DNA of 64,000 nucleotides from an uncultured Acidobacteriota bacterium (GCA_963777605.1 CAVZRV010000027.1:256001-320000), one strand, 5' to 3'. Positions 53,835 through 64,000 are shown, counted from the stretch's first letter. Numbers and translations are program-made. The notes: a model not told the origin generated them from the letters alone.

Positions 53835-55847
53835 TCACGGGCGGGCCTTTCCCGCCGGTTCAGCCGCTGTAATAACCAACTGCCAGGCACCTGACAAATC
53901 GGCCGACGCCGCCACCAGCCGAACCCGATAAAGACGGTTGCCCCAACTGTGGGTCATCCGGTCGTCGGTGATCTCGATGGGGTCGACCGCTACCTTGAAA
54001 TTATCCCCACTGACCTGGATCTGGAATGACCTGGCAGACGAAGGGTCCTCCAGCACAACGAGTCCGCTTCCCCGACTGCTCGGATTCATCGGCGTCAGCA
54101 GGTTCAGCGAGGACGGACCCCGGTACTCGGAGATTTGAAAACTGTCGCGAACCGTAACGTTGTCGCCCCGGTTCAAAACAATCTCCCGATTCCAGCCCTG
54201 GACAGCCGCCTGCTCGGGATAGGCAGCCGCAAGGTCCATGTGCAGCTCGGCACGTCCCGGACTGGCGGAATAAGCAATCTGCCGAGCCTCGAACTCCCGT
54301 CCCGGACTCTGCATCACGCCGTTGATGGTCGGCAGATTGTGATACGCCGACTGGTTGTTCCAGAGTTCGTAGCGACGACTGCTGAACGTCTGGGCGGTGT
54401 AGGTCTGGGCTCCCGCGTCAATCAGAACCGGCTTCCCGTCGTAAAAGACGATGAAGTTCCCGACGTCGTTGTGGTTGTGGCTCTCCCCGTTGTGTCCCGC
54501 CTTGGCGGCAAGGTAGAACCCTCCCCGGCTTCCCTCGGATGAGCGGGCCGTCATCACCTCGATGTCCCCGAGCCAGACGTCCTGGACGAGGGGCTCCACA
54601 GGCTTCGTCTGAAGGAGATCCTGGAGGCAGAAAAGGGCCGGCAGCACCCGGTTCAGCACGCCGAAGTTGCCCTCCACCGCCTCAGTCCCAAGCTTTTCCA
54701 GATCAGCCACATAGGCGGCATAAGCTGTCATCGTGGGGTCCTCGATTGCCCGTCCGAAGCGGAACACCAGCGGAGCCTCGGGGCGCATGCGGGCCGAAGC
54801 ATCCGCAAAGTCGATGAAATAAGGATCGCTGATGTAGGCCCGGTAGATGTACTGCCCGATCCGCCGGATCAGGGGCTGGTCGAAGACGTCGATCTTTCCG
54901 CCGGAAGCGCTGTGGAGCAGTTCGAGGCAATCGTACAGAGAACCACCGGCACGTCCCCAGTAGCTCGGCCCCTCGTCACACCCACCGTCGGCCGGGTACG
55001 GAGCGATGAAGTTGTCGATGCTGTCCATCGCCTTGTGGACCAGCCGAATTCTTCTGACCGGGTCGGCCTCGAGCAGGAGCGCACAGGCCAGGATATTTGA
55101 GTTGATCCAGGGGTTCCAGTTGTTGACCGGCCGAACCGAATCGGGGTGCGCTCTCCATTCGTAGCCCATCCAGCCCATGTCGTAGCGGTCGAGGTAAGGA
55201 CCAAGTAGCCGCCTGCGCGTCTCCAAAACGATTCGATCGGATATGAGAGGACTGACGGCATCGAGTTGAGGTTTCAGAAGATAGTGCGTCCAGGCCAGGA
55301 GCGCTCCGGTTTCGGCCGCGAAGAGATCAACCACGGGGTCGGTCGTATCCGGAAGCCCCGAACCTAGGCGCTGCACACCTACGTGGGCGGGAACACCCCA
55401 GAAAGACTCCTCGCAGATTATCCAGATCCCATTGACGATCTCGTCCATGAATCGGCCTTTCCGCTCCAGGACTTCGGCAAGCACCAGGTCGGCCAGCCGA
55501 GTCCGGCGGCCGAACGAAAGGTCTTCATACCGGGACCGGTTGCCGTTTCGGACGAAATCGAGGAAAACCGTTGCGGGCAGTGGCGCCCAGTTTCCCGAAA
55601 GAGCTTCTTCTCCCCGCCGTATCTGGGCCTCCCGTACGGCCCGTGGAATCGCCGCAAAACCACCTGGCTCGGACCAGGTCGGGAAGGGTTTCCACTGGTC
55701 CCGGTCGAGGATAGTGTCGCTGAGCGTCCCTTGCGGCCAGGTCGTTGCGAGGAGCTTCCGGTCGGACTGACCTGCCCCGTTCGCCATTGCGGAAACCGCA
55801 CCTGTCAGCAAGAGAACCACGAGAACCTGCGGAAATTTCATCGGCAT
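53835..55847 (-). CDS. Heparinase II/III-like polysaccharide lyase family protein
   Basis: DLFAAET, NNWNPW, DGGCDEGPSYW, DFAD, HNHNDVGNF and SAYHN. Confidence 0.88.
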   Translation of the reverse strand: MPMKFPQVLVVLLLTGAVSAMANGAGQSDRKLLATTWPQGTLSDTILDRDQWKPFPTWSEPGGFAAIPRAVREAQIRRGEEALSGNWAPLPATVFLDFVRNGNRSRYEDLSFGRRTRLADLVLAEVLERKGRFMDEIVNGIWIICEESFWGVPAHVGVQRLGSGLPDTTDPVVDLFAAETGALLAWTHYLLKPQLDAVSPLISDRIVLETRRRLLGPYLDRYDMGWMGYEWRAHPDSVRPVNNWNPWINSNILACALLLEADPVRRIRLVHKAMDSIDNFIAPYPADGGCDEGPSYWGRAGGSLYDCLELLHSASGGKIDVFDQPLIRRIGQYIYRAYISDPYFIDFADASARMRPEAPLVFRFGRAIEDPTMTAYAAYVADLEKLGTEAVEGNFGVLNRVLPALFCLQDLLQTKPVEPLVQDVWLGDIEVMTARSSEGSRGGFYLAAKAGHNGESHNHNDVGNFIVFYDGKPVLIDAGAQTYTAQTFSSRRYELWNNQSAYHNLPTINGVMQSPGREFEARQIAYSASPGRAELHMDLAAAYPEQAAVQGWNREIVLNRGDNVTVRDSFQISEYRGPSSLNLLTPMNPSSRGSGLVVLEDPSSARSFQIQVSGDNFKVAVDPIEITDDRMTHSWGNRLYRVRLVAASADLSGAWQLVITAAEPAGKARP

Positions 55848-55918
55848 CCTTCCAGAAACGGGCACGCAGTGATGAGCCGCGTGCCCATGTCTTCAGACTG
55901 CGAGCCTGTCTGCAGGCC

Positions 55919-57397
55919 TCAGTGCTGCTCTTCGGGAGGCTTTCCACCGTACCAGGGTCCTTCCAACTTCTGGTAGGGGGGATTGGTCAGCAGGCTGCCC
56001 TCTTCGCCGGCCTTCCAGCCGGGGATGTGCTTCGGCTCGGCCCGAGTGTGAGACATCCGCTCCCACTTCTTGGACCAGCTGGAGTCGCCGTCCGAAATCT
56101 GCATGGCTTCCGGATCGAAGTGGAAGACCTTCCCTTCCCGGTAACTGCGCGCGCCAAGATTCACCAGAGTGATGGCCGCCGCTCCCAGATCGGGCGGATT
56201 ATTACAGGCCTTGGGGTCGCCGGCCCAGATGGCGTCGAGCCAATTCTTGAAATGAGCCAGGGTGGTGTTCTTCACCTCGGGCTCCACCTCAATTCGCTGC
56301 GTCTCCTCGGACTGACCGGTGATGCTCTCGGGTTCGGGAATAAAGTCGAATCCGGTAAATTCTTCGCCGTTTCCAAAAACGAACGCTCCGTAATGGCCCC
56401 GGATCAACTGCCGGATCGGCGTGTTCTGGGAACACATGGTGGCGGTGACCAACCCCTGGACGCCCTCGTTGAATTCGGCCACGACGGTCGCTACATCCGG
56501 CACGCCTCGTCCGTCGTACTCGAGATAAATCCCTCCCGAGCCGACGACCCGGGCCGGAAACCTCAACCCGGTCGCCTTCAACATCGAGGTGGTTCGATGG
56601 ACGAACAGGTCCGTGTACATTCCGGCACCGAACGGCCAGAACCTTCGCCACTGGATATAGACGGCCCGGTCGAATGGCATCTCGGGTGCGAGCCCTTCCT
56701 CCCTACCGAGCCACATATCCCAGTTGATGTTGGCCGGATTCATTTCCTGGGTCAGCTTGTAGTAGCGCCACTGCCCGATGGCGGAATTGCGAAAGAACTC
56801 GGTCTGGTACATGAGAACCTTGCCCAACTGGCCGCTCTGCATCAAATCGCGAGCGCGGTTCCAAACCGGTAGACTCGTAGACTGGACGCCGACCTGCATC
56901 ACACGCCCGGTTCGGTTCCAGGCGTCCATGACGTCGATCGCTTCCTGAACCGTTTTGGTCATGGGCTTTTCACAGTAGACGTCCATCCCCTGGTGGAGGG
57001 CTTCCAGAGTCTGGGTCGAGTGCCAGTGATCCGGAGTCGCAACGGTCACTGCATCCAGATTCTCCCGGGCAAACATCTCCCGGTAGTCTTCATATTGCGT
57101 GGGAGCGTTACCCACAGTCTCCTTGATGTAATCGGCGGCGCGCTGACGGTGCTCGCTGTAGACATCACAAACTGCGGCCAGCTCAATATTGGCCCCACCC
57201 TTTTGCAGTTCGCACAACGCCCGGACGTGACTCATTCCCCGGCCGCCGGGGCCGACGAACCCGATCCGCAATTTCTGCGAAGCCCCCTGGGCTCGCAGGA
57301 CAGCCGCCGAACCGACGCCAACAACGGTCTTGGCTGCCAGCGCCGAAGCTCCCGACTGTTTGAGAAATGTCCGTCTCGATACCTCTTCAGACTTCAT
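55919..57397 (-). CDS. Tat-exported Gfo/Idh/MocA oxidoreductase
   Basis: SRRTFLK, VGPGGRG, TPDHWH, CEKP and DLFVH. Confidence 0.92.
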   Translation of the reverse strand: MKSEEVSRRTFLKQSGASALAAKTVVGVGSAAVLRAQGASQKLRIGFVGPGGRGMSHVRALCELQKGGANIELAAVCDVYSEHRQRAADYIKETVGNAPTQYEDYREMFARENLDAVTVATPDHWHSTQTLEALHQGMDVYCEKPMTKTVQEAIDVMDAWNRTGRVMQVGVQSTSLPVWNRARDLMQSGQLGKVLMYQTEFFRNSAIGQWRYYKLTQEMNPANINWDMWLGREEGLAPEMPFDRAVYIQWRRFWPFGAGMYTDLFVHRTTSMLKATGLRFPARVVGSGGIYLEYDGRGVPDVATVVAEFNEGVQGLVTATMCSQNTPIRQLIRGHYGAFVFGNGEEFTGFDFIPEPESITGQSEETQRIEVEPEVKNTTLAHFKNWLDAIWAGDPKACNNPPDLGAAAITLVNLGARSYREGKVFHFDPEAMQISDGDSSWSKKWERMSHTRAEPKHIPGWKAGEEGSLLTNPPYQKLEGPWYGGKPPEEQH

Positions 57398-57482
57398 TCG
57401 TTCGATCCTCCTAACTCATGCTCTCGATTCACAACAAGACTCCCGCAACCCGGCAGCCAACTGAAACTGCGTCAAATTCCAT

Positions 57483-58922
57483 CTAACGCCTGCGTCGCAA
57501 GCGAAGTGCTATTTCACCCGGATAAGCGTCCGGCGACAACGTGACCGCCAAACCGGATGCCTGAAAGTTTAACGTTTCCGACCAGTCTCCGGTTACTGGA
57601 TTAAGCCACTCGGCCCTGTACTCCCCGGCTGGAAGATCCAGAGTCAACACAGGTCTTTCTCCTCCGCGGAGGTAAATCGCGTACTGGCGCCCCTCCTCGG
57701 CGAGGGCCTGGGCCCGCCCCTTCTCCGGAACCCCACTGTGGATCAACGTGTTGGTCGGTACCATCCGGACAAAGTCGAAACTTTCGATAAAGTTCTTCAG
57801 CGTTCCCAACTGCTTGCGCAGTGCAGAGCTCCCGGCCCCAGGCTGACTGTCCGGATATCGAAAAGTACCGTCCTCCTGCCCGGCTACGAACGAATAGTCC
57901 AGGTTGTTGAAGAGCCCTCCGCCAGCCAGTATGAACTCCCAGGCCTCCCGCCGATAGTACTCGTCGGCGGTCCCGTGAAAGCCAGTTTCATTCTCACCCA
58001 CGACACGGTCCAGTGAATAGTTCAGAGGGACGACCAGCGGCGGGTTGGAGTAATGGAAATTGAGGATAGAAACCAGCGGATCTTCCTTCCAAACTTTCCC
58101 GGCACCCCTGGCCACATCTTCGAGCCCCGCGTTGGCCACGTTCCGAGAGATCAGGTGCTGCCGGACCAGCCCGGCCTCACCCTCCCGAATCTCCCGGGCG
58201 ATGGCATACTGCCATTCGAGGGTGACGCCTCCGAAATAGGGCTCGTTACAGATCTCGTAATACAGGTTGTCGAACGGGGCAAGCTCCTGGACGATCTTCC
58301 GGACAAGCTTCTTCTGTATCTCCAGCAGTGGGCCGCTTCGGTCGAGGGTGTAGACATCCGTCCGCGCGGCGGCACCGATCCCGTTGACGTTGTTGCGTTC
58401 GTTCATCGGGCTGAGGTTCCACTGCTCCTCACCGTAGAAAGGACAGAAGAGATTCAGCTCCACGACAACTCTCCGCTTCGATGCCTCCGCCATCAAGTCA
58501 CGGAGCCGGTCAAAATAGGCCGCGCTGAAGCGGTTGAGATCGAACTTGTTTCCCCCTCCGGCATATCCCGGGGTCCCCGAGCGCTCCCACGGAGCCAGAA
58601 ACCGTCCCGGAGCGGGAGCCAGAGTATTCCTCGCAATCTTGAATGCCCCTTGGGGTTCGACATAGGAGCCGCTGAATACCCGGGTCAGGTTGAGGCCGTC
58701 ACGAGACAGCGTCTCCAGGTATTTCCGGTAGTCAAAATCAAGGTTGATGAGGGCTCCGTAGTGTTCCCCGGATGTGATCAGCACAGTCGGCCTCCCCTGA
58801 AATCGGAAATAGTGAGGATTGTCCGGGTGAAGTGTAAGAAGATCGGAAACCGGGCTGAATCCGGTGCTTGCGGCGAAAACCGACACGATCAAAAGCGGCC
58901 ACAGGGAAAGTCTCCCACTCAT
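57483..58922 (-). CDS. Secreted clan GH-A-like glycoside hydrolase with C-terminal beta-sandwich
   Basis: LHPDNPHYF, EICNEP (acid/base), NFHY, ENETG (nucleophile), and C-terminal YRAEWLNPVTG. Confidence 0.75.
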   Translation of the reverse strand: MSGRLSLWPLLIVSVFAASTGFSPVSDLLTLHPDNPHYFRFQGRPTVLITSGEHYGALINLDFDYRKYLETLSRDGLNLTRVFSGSYVEPQGAFKIARNTLAPAPGRFLAPWERSGTPGYAGGGNKFDLNRFSAAYFDRLRDLMAEASKRRVVVELNLFCPFYGEEQWNLSPMNERNNVNGIGAAARTDVYTLDRSGPLLEIQKKLVRKIVQELAPFDNLYYEICNEPYFGGVTLEWQYAIAREIREGEAGLVRQHLISRNVANAGLEDVARGAGKVWKEDPLVSILNFHYSNPPLVVPLNYSLDRVVGENETGFHGTADEYYRREAWEFILAGGGLFNNLDYSFVAGQEDGTFRYPDSQPGAGSSALRKQLGTLKNFIESFDFVRMVPTNTLIHSGVPEKGRAQALAEEGRQYAIYLRGGERPVLTLDLPAGEYRAEWLNPVTGDWSETLNFQASGLAVTLSPDAYPGEIALRLRRRR

Positions 58923-59128
58923 TCAACGTCCTCCTGGTTTGTTGAAGCCTCTTCAGGTTCCACTATGTTCCCACTTCCGCCGGAGGTTGCAAAGTCGGCG
59001 TCAATCGAAGAGAATTCGCCTCACACCTTCCAGGATGGCGGACAGATGAGGGTCTTGATTCAACGCTTGAGTCGTGGCAGAAAGAGACCTGGGAAAACGA
59101 CTCGGAAGGCTCATGTCCAAGGGTCGTC

Positions 59129-61414
59129 ATGACGATTCAACCGGGGCTTACAATATCTCACTATCGCGTGCTCGAGCCGATTGGGGCGGGCGGGATGGGA
59201 GTCATCTACAAAGCGGAAGATTTGCACCTCGAGAGAGTCGTCGCACTCAAGTTCCTCCCGCCGGGAGTCGGTGCAGACACCGCGGAAGGAACCCGCCTGA
59301 TCCAGGAGGCAAAAGCCGCTTCCGCCCTGGACCACCCCAACATCTGCACGATCTTCGGTGTCGACCAGTCGGACGAAGGCGGCATGTTCATCGTGATGGC
59401 GTACTACCCGGGTGAGACCCTTCGCCAGCGGGTAATCCGGGGTTCTCTTTCCCTGCAGGACGCTGCCGGACTGACAATCCAGCTCTGTGAGGGACTTGCC
59501 AAGGCCCATTCCCGGGGGATCATTCACCGCGATATTAAGCCCGAGAACCTCATCCTCACCGATGATGGGATCCTGAAGATCCTGGACTTCGGCATTTCCA
59601 GGTTTACGGGAGGCCCCGGCCTGACCCGCCCGGGAACGATCCTCGGCACGCCGTCCTATATGTCTCCGGAACAGGTAAAGGGAGAGCAGGTCGATCACCA
59701 GAGTGACATTTGGGCAACCGGAATTCTGCTCTTCCACATGTTGACGGCGCAACACCCCTTCTCGGGCGAAAACGAACTTTCGCTAATGTATGCGATCGTC
59801 AACAACCCGCCACGCCCGATCCTGCACTACCGTCCAAACCTGCCTGCCCAGGTCGCATCCATCCTCGATCGGGCCTTGGCAAAAGAACGGGAGAGTCGCT
59901 ACCAGGCTATTTCTGAAATGGCGACGGACCTGCGCGGACTGCTTCAGGGCCCTACCACAACCGGGGCGTTCTCGATCCAGGCCCCGGCCGTACCCTCTCC
60001 TCCGTCCGGAAAATGCTCCATTGCCGTACTTCCCTTTCGAGACCTGAGCCCGCAGCGAGACCAGGACTACCTGTGTGAGGGCATCGCGGAAGCAATCATC
60101 AACCGGTTGGGCCGACTCCCCGAACTCCGGGTCATCTCGCCGAGCTCGGTTTTTCGCTTCCAGGACAGCGGGCGCGGGTTGGGCGAACTGGCAACGACCC
60201 TGGACGTGCTCAATTCGCTCGACGGCAGTATCCAGACCAGCGGTGACCAACTGCGGGTGACAGTCCGGTTGACCGACCTCGCTGACAGTACGTTGATCTG
60301 GAGCGACCAGTTCAGCGGGACCCTCCGGGATGTCTTCGAGTTTCAGGACCGGATTTCGAAGCGTGTCGTGGAAGCACTCGGCTCAACGCCAACCGTGGTT
60401 TCCTCCCTGCGATCGAAACCACCCGTTACCGGCCCCAGTTTCCCAGCCTATCAACACTACCTCGAGGGACGCCATCACTGGAACCGGAGGACCGTGGCCG
60501 GAGTCAAGAGAAGCATCCAGAGCTTCACCGAGGCAATCGACCTGGACAGCCGCTTCGGTCTGGCATTTGCAGGTCTTGCTGACGCCTACACCGTGTTGGG
60601 GATGTACGGCGCGTTTCCTCCGAAAGAGGTCATGCCACGCGCCAAAGACGCCGCTCAACGAGCGCTCGAGACCGACGGTTCCCTGGCTGAGGCACACGTT
60701 TCGCTCGGGTGTGTCCAGGCCGTGTTCGACTGGGACTGGGACGAGGCCGAGAGCTCGTTCCAGAAGGCGCTGAAGTTAAACCCCAATTACGCAACCGCTC
60801 ATCACTGGTACGCCGTCAATCTGCTCACGCCTCTGGGGCGTTTCGAGGAGGCTGTTCGGGAAATGGAGTCCGCGCTGCACCTCGACCCGATCTCCCCGGC
60901 CATCGTCACTTCGACCGGGCTCCCTCATTACTTTGCGGGGAATCTGGTTCGGGCCGAAGAGTGCTATCGAAAGGCGCTCGACCTGGATCCGAATTTTCCC
61001 ATGGCTCATTTCTTTCTGGCCCAGGTGAAGGCGGCCCAGTCCCAGTTCGACGCCTCCCTCGAGGAATTTCGCAAGGCACTGGATCTCTTTGGGAAGAGTT
61101 CCAACATGCTGGCGCAGTTCGCTTCAACTGCCGCCATGGGCGGAATGACTGCGGTAGCGGACGAAGCTGCCGGAGCTCTGCAACAGCCCGGACTGGGGTA
61201 TGTTTCACCCTATGATCTGGCTTGTGTCGCGAGCGGTCAGGGGGATACCAGCAGGGCATTGAGCCACCTTGAAATGGCAGTAGAGGAGAAATCTTATCTC
61301 CTCGTGTATCTTGAACACGACCCGATTCTGGCGGGAATCCGACAGCATTCCAGGTTTCTGGAAATTTCACGACTGATCTTCGGTTCCACCCGGTCGGCTA
61401 CAGTGAACAAGTGA
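59129..61414 (+). CDS. Hanks-type Ser/Thr kinase with TolB-like and TPR domains
   Basis: GAGGMG, VALK, HRDIKPEN, DFG and GTPSYMSPEQ; SIAVLPF; TPR repeats; no TM helix. Confidence 0.95.
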   Translation: MTIQPGLTISHYRVLEPIGAGGMGVIYKAEDLHLERVVALKFLPPGVGADTAEGTRLIQEAKAASALDHPNICTIFGVDQSDEGGMFIVMAYYPGETLRQRVIRGSLSLQDAAGLTIQLCEGLAKAHSRGIIHRDIKPENLILTDDGILKILDFGISRFTGGPGLTRPGTILGTPSYMSPEQVKGEQVDHQSDIWATGILLFHMLTAQHPFSGENELSLMYAIVNNPPRPILHYRPNLPAQVASILDRALAKERESRYQAISEMATDLRGLLQGPTTTGAFSIQAPAVPSPPSGKCSIAVLPFRDLSPQRDQDYLCEGIAEAIINRLGRLPELRVISPSSVFRFQDSGRGLGELATTLDVLNSLDGSIQTSGDQLRVTVRLTDLADSTLIWSDQFSGTLRDVFEFQDRISKRVVEALGSTPTVVSSLRSKPPVTGPSFPAYQHYLEGRHHWNRRTVAGVKRSIQSFTEAIDLDSRFGLAFAGLADAYTVLGMYGAFPPKEVMPRAKDAAQRALETDGSLAEAHVSLGCVQAVFDWDWDEAESSFQKALKLNPNYATAHHWYAVNLLTPLGRFEEAVREMESALHLDPISPAIVTSTGLPHYFAGNLVRAEECYRKALDLDPNFPMAHFFLAQVKAAQSQFDASLEEFRKALDLFGKSSNMLAQFASTAAMGGMTAVADEAAGALQQPGLGYVSPYDLACVASGQGDTSRALSHLEMAVEEKSYLLVYLEHDPILAGIRQHSRFLEISRLIFGSTRSATVNK

Positions 61415-61489
61415 GCCCGGAACTAACGTCGGTGCCTGCTGCAGGAGAGCAGGCGAAACGAGGATTCGGGCAAGCAGGAGTTTTGTTTC

Positions 61490-62998
61490 GTGACGAAGAA
61501 TGACCGCCAAGGCAAGGCAGAGAAAGTGCTCTCCGCCGTGCATGTGTCCCTGGACATCGGGAGCGAAAACCCGATCGAATTCGAGTTCACACGCCCCTTC
61601 ACGGTAGGAAGGGACGAGTCCTGCGAAATCCAAATCCAGAACCCCGGGATCAGCCGGAAGCATGCCGAAGTCGTGTTTCAGGACGGAGTCTGGCTGCTGC
61701 GGGACCTGGAAAGTGCCAACGGCACCTACCTGGACGGGAAGCGGGTATCGGAAGTCCCGCTGGAATCTGCGGTTTCCGTTGAACTGGGATTGAGAGACGC
61801 CACCCTGACGTTTCGGGTGGAAGGAAACGTTGAGCAACGGGGTTTGACTGTTCTCGAAAAGCCTCCTTCGGTAACCCAGTACGTCGAACGCTACTTCAGC
61901 AACCATACCCTCCACTCTGCCGGAGAACACACGCGGATGGTCCGGGAGGCATTTCGTGTCGTCGACAAGCGCAAGAAACGCCACTTCGCGGTCATCGTGA
62001 TAGCCATCCTTATCTGCACGATCGCGATTGCAGCCTACAGCTACTGGCAACACCGCGAACTGGAGCGGAGGACCCAGTTGGCCGAGGAGATCTTCTACAA
62101 CATGAAGTCTCTGGAGTTGGAGATCTCGCGACTGCGGGCCCGGTTGACGGACCAGGGCGACCCGGACAGCCTGACGGACATCCAGCGACAGCGCCAGCAA
62201 CTGCGGGACCTGACGCGAAACTACGAGCGATTCCTCGAGGAAATCGAATTCTACGAATCCAGGGACTGGAGCGAGTCCGACTTGATCATCCTGCGCGTCG
62301 CCCGGATTCTCGGCGAGTGCGAACTGGGGATGCCCGATGAGTTCCGGGACAAGGTCTACGAGTACATCAACGAGTGGAAGAAGTCCCGCCGGCTCGAACA
62401 GTCGATGCGCCGTGCCGCCGCTGCCGGGATGGGGAAGACCGTCGTCGATGCCATGTTGGAATACGACCTCCCTCCCCAGTTCTTCTTCCTTGCCCTCCAG
62501 GAAAGCGGATTCGATGAAAAGGCCATCGGCCCGGCAACCCGCTTCGGAATTGCCAAAGGAATCTGGCAGTTCATTCCCACGACCGCCGTCCGCTACGGTC
62601 TCGAGGTCGGCCCCCTGGTCGAACTGCCCCGCTTCGATCCCCGGGACCAGCGTCACGAGGCCGTCCGCTCGACCCGGGCCGCCGCCAAGTACATTCGAGA
62701 CATTTACAACACCGAGGCCCAGGCTTCCGGGCTGCTCGTCATCGCCTCCTACAACTGGGGCGAGAACAATGTTCGCTCACTTGTCCGCAGCCTTCCTGAG
62801 AACCCCAGGGAACGAAACTTCTGGAAACTGCTCGAACAGTACGGAAACCGGATCCCGAAAGAGACCTACAACTACGTGTTCTACATCGTGTCGGCCGCGG
62901 TGATCGGCGAAAACCCCAAGCTGTTCGGATTCAACTTCGAAAATCCGTTCAAGGGCATTGACGCCCTCCAGGGTTCAATGGGGGACTTGGAACGATAA
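61490..62998 (+). CDS. FHA - TM - coiled coil - lytic transglycosylase (SLT, MltD-like) fusion
   Basis: FHA: VGR, ISRKHA, SANGT. TM: FAVIVIAILICTIAIAAY after KRKKR. SLT: QESGF, GIWQF, SYNWGE, ETYNYV. Confidence 0.9.
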   Translation: MTKNDRQGKAEKVLSAVHVSLDIGSENPIEFEFTRPFTVGRDESCEIQIQNPGISRKHAEVVFQDGVWLLRDLESANGTYLDGKRVSEVPLESAVSVELGLRDATLTFRVEGNVEQRGLTVLEKPPSVTQYVERYFSNHTLHSAGEHTRMVREAFRVVDKRKKRHFAVIVIAILICTIAIAAYSYWQHRELERRTQLAEEIFYNMKSLELEISRLRARLTDQGDPDSLTDIQRQRQQLRDLTRNYERFLEEIEFYESRDWSESDLIILRVARILGECELGMPDEFRDKVYEYINEWKKSRRLEQSMRRAAAAGMGKTVVDAMLEYDLPPQFFFLALQESGFDEKAIGPATRFGIAKGIWQFIPTTAVRYGLEVGPLVELPRFDPRDQRHEAVRSTRAAAKYIRDIYNTEAQASGLLVIASYNWGENNVRSLVRSLPENPRERNFWKLLEQYGNRIPKETYNYVFYIVSAAVIGENPKLFGFNFENPFKGIDALQGSMGDLER

Positions 62999-63008
62999 GG
63001 ACCGAGTG

Positions 63009-64000
63009 ATGACAGCCAAGTCCGCCAACGCAAGTCATGGCCTGTTTCACGACCTGATCCAGAGGTTGGTCCTGCCGCTGATCCTCCTTGTCGGGGTCAC
63101 CACCAGCGGAACGGTCGGGTACTGGATTATCGGCAAAGGGCGCTGGGGCCTGCTGGACTCCTTTTACATGACCAGCATCACGCTGACTACCGTTGGCTAT
63201 GGAGAAGTCCTCGATGGAATGGGAGACGGCGCCCGCGTATTCACCATTATCCTGATGTGGACCGGGATGGGCGTCGCACTGTATTCGGTCTCCGCTGTAA
63301 CGGCCTTCGTCGTCGAACGCCGACTTGGAGAATACATTCGGGAGAGACGCATGAAAAGGGAACTGAGCCAGTTGCGCCAGCACACGATCGTCTGTGGCGC
63401 GGGCAAGACCGGAGAGAACATCGTTCGGGAATTCATAGCGGTGAAACGACCGTTCTGCGTTGTCGATATCGACTCTGCCCGGGCCGATGAACTCCGCAGT
63501 ATCTTCCCGGATATCCTCGCGGTCAAAGGAGACGCCACCGATGAGACCGTCCTGGAAAGGGCCGGCATCGAAAGGGCAACCGCGATCATCGCCAACCTCC
63601 CGGACGACAGCAAGAACCTCCTCGTCGCAGTCACCGCGCGCTACGTTCGCTCCGATATCCGAATCGTGGTCAGGGCCCAGGACCAGTCGATCGTGCCGAA
63701 GCTGAAACGGGCCGGGGCCGACTACGTAGTGAACCCGGGTCTGATCGGGGGGCTCCGCATGGCAAGCGAGGTGTTACGACCACACGTGGTAACCTTTCTC
63801 GACCGAATGCTGCGAGGCACGGACCCGACCATTCGCGTCGATGAGGTGGAGATTGGAGAGTCCTGTCCCCTGCAGGGACAGACACTGGAGGAAGCCAAGG
63901 TGCTGCACCGGACCGGTCTCAACCCGATCGCGCTGCGGCTTCCCGGCACTTCGGATTTTCAATACAACCTGCCCTCAGGCACCAGGCTTGAGGCCGGAAG
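63009..64000 (+). CDS. Potassium channel with TrkA-N/RCK domains (runs off the window; absent from the ORF track)
   Basis: From ATG 63009: TM, selectivity filter TLTTVGYGE, TM, HTIVCGAGKTG, GDATDE and AGADYVVNP. Confidence 0.93.
   Translation, partial: MTAKSANASHGLFHDLIQRLVLPLILLVGVTTSGTVGYWIIGKGRWGLLDSFYMTSITLTTVGYGEVLDGMGDGARVFTIILMWTGMGVALYSVSAVTAFVVERRLGEYIRERRMKRELSQLRQHTIVCGAGKTGENIVREFIAVKRPFCVVDIDSARADELRSIFPDILAVKGDATDETVLERAGIERATAIIANLPDDSKNLLVAVTARYVRSDIRIVVRAQDQSIVPKLKRAGADYVVNPGLIGGLRMASEVLRPHVVTFLDRMLRGTDPTIRVDEVEIGESCPLQGQTLEEAKVLHRTGLNPIALRLPGTSDFQYNLPSGTRLEAG

Overview
GC-rich bacterial chromosomal DNA, most likely from an Acidobacteriota genome. That placement is inferred from an Acidobacteria-type VWA protein, several Tat-exported Gfo/Idh/MocA proteins, a kinase-TolB-TPR protein and a WKEI-type HTH protein. 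No rRNA, tRNA, CRISPR array, transposase or phage gene was recognised. Content is dominated by glycan and sugar catabolism (2x GH78, GH3, GH116, sulfatase, BNR sialidase-like, heparinase II/III, DUF1080, sugar isomerase, 3x Gfo/Idh/MocA, Na+/sugar symporter) and signalling (propeller-GGDEF, two HDOD proteins, an RpoD-like sigma factor without region 1.1, a Ser/Thr kinase, an FHA-lytic transglycosylase, an RCK K+ channel). About nine genes are broken by small indels, probably assembly errors, and there are several gene remnants. Best candidates for undescribed systems: (1) a kinase / FHA-TM-lytic transglycosylase / K+ channel cluster at 59.1-64 kb; (2) a divergent adenylating enzyme / membrane-anchored HTH-propeller pair at 36.9-40.1 kb; (3) an unnamed module shared by three secreted proteins; (4) HDOD / HDOD-GAF / extra sigma70 with a structured leader. 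All family calls come from motif recognition by eye, not database searches.
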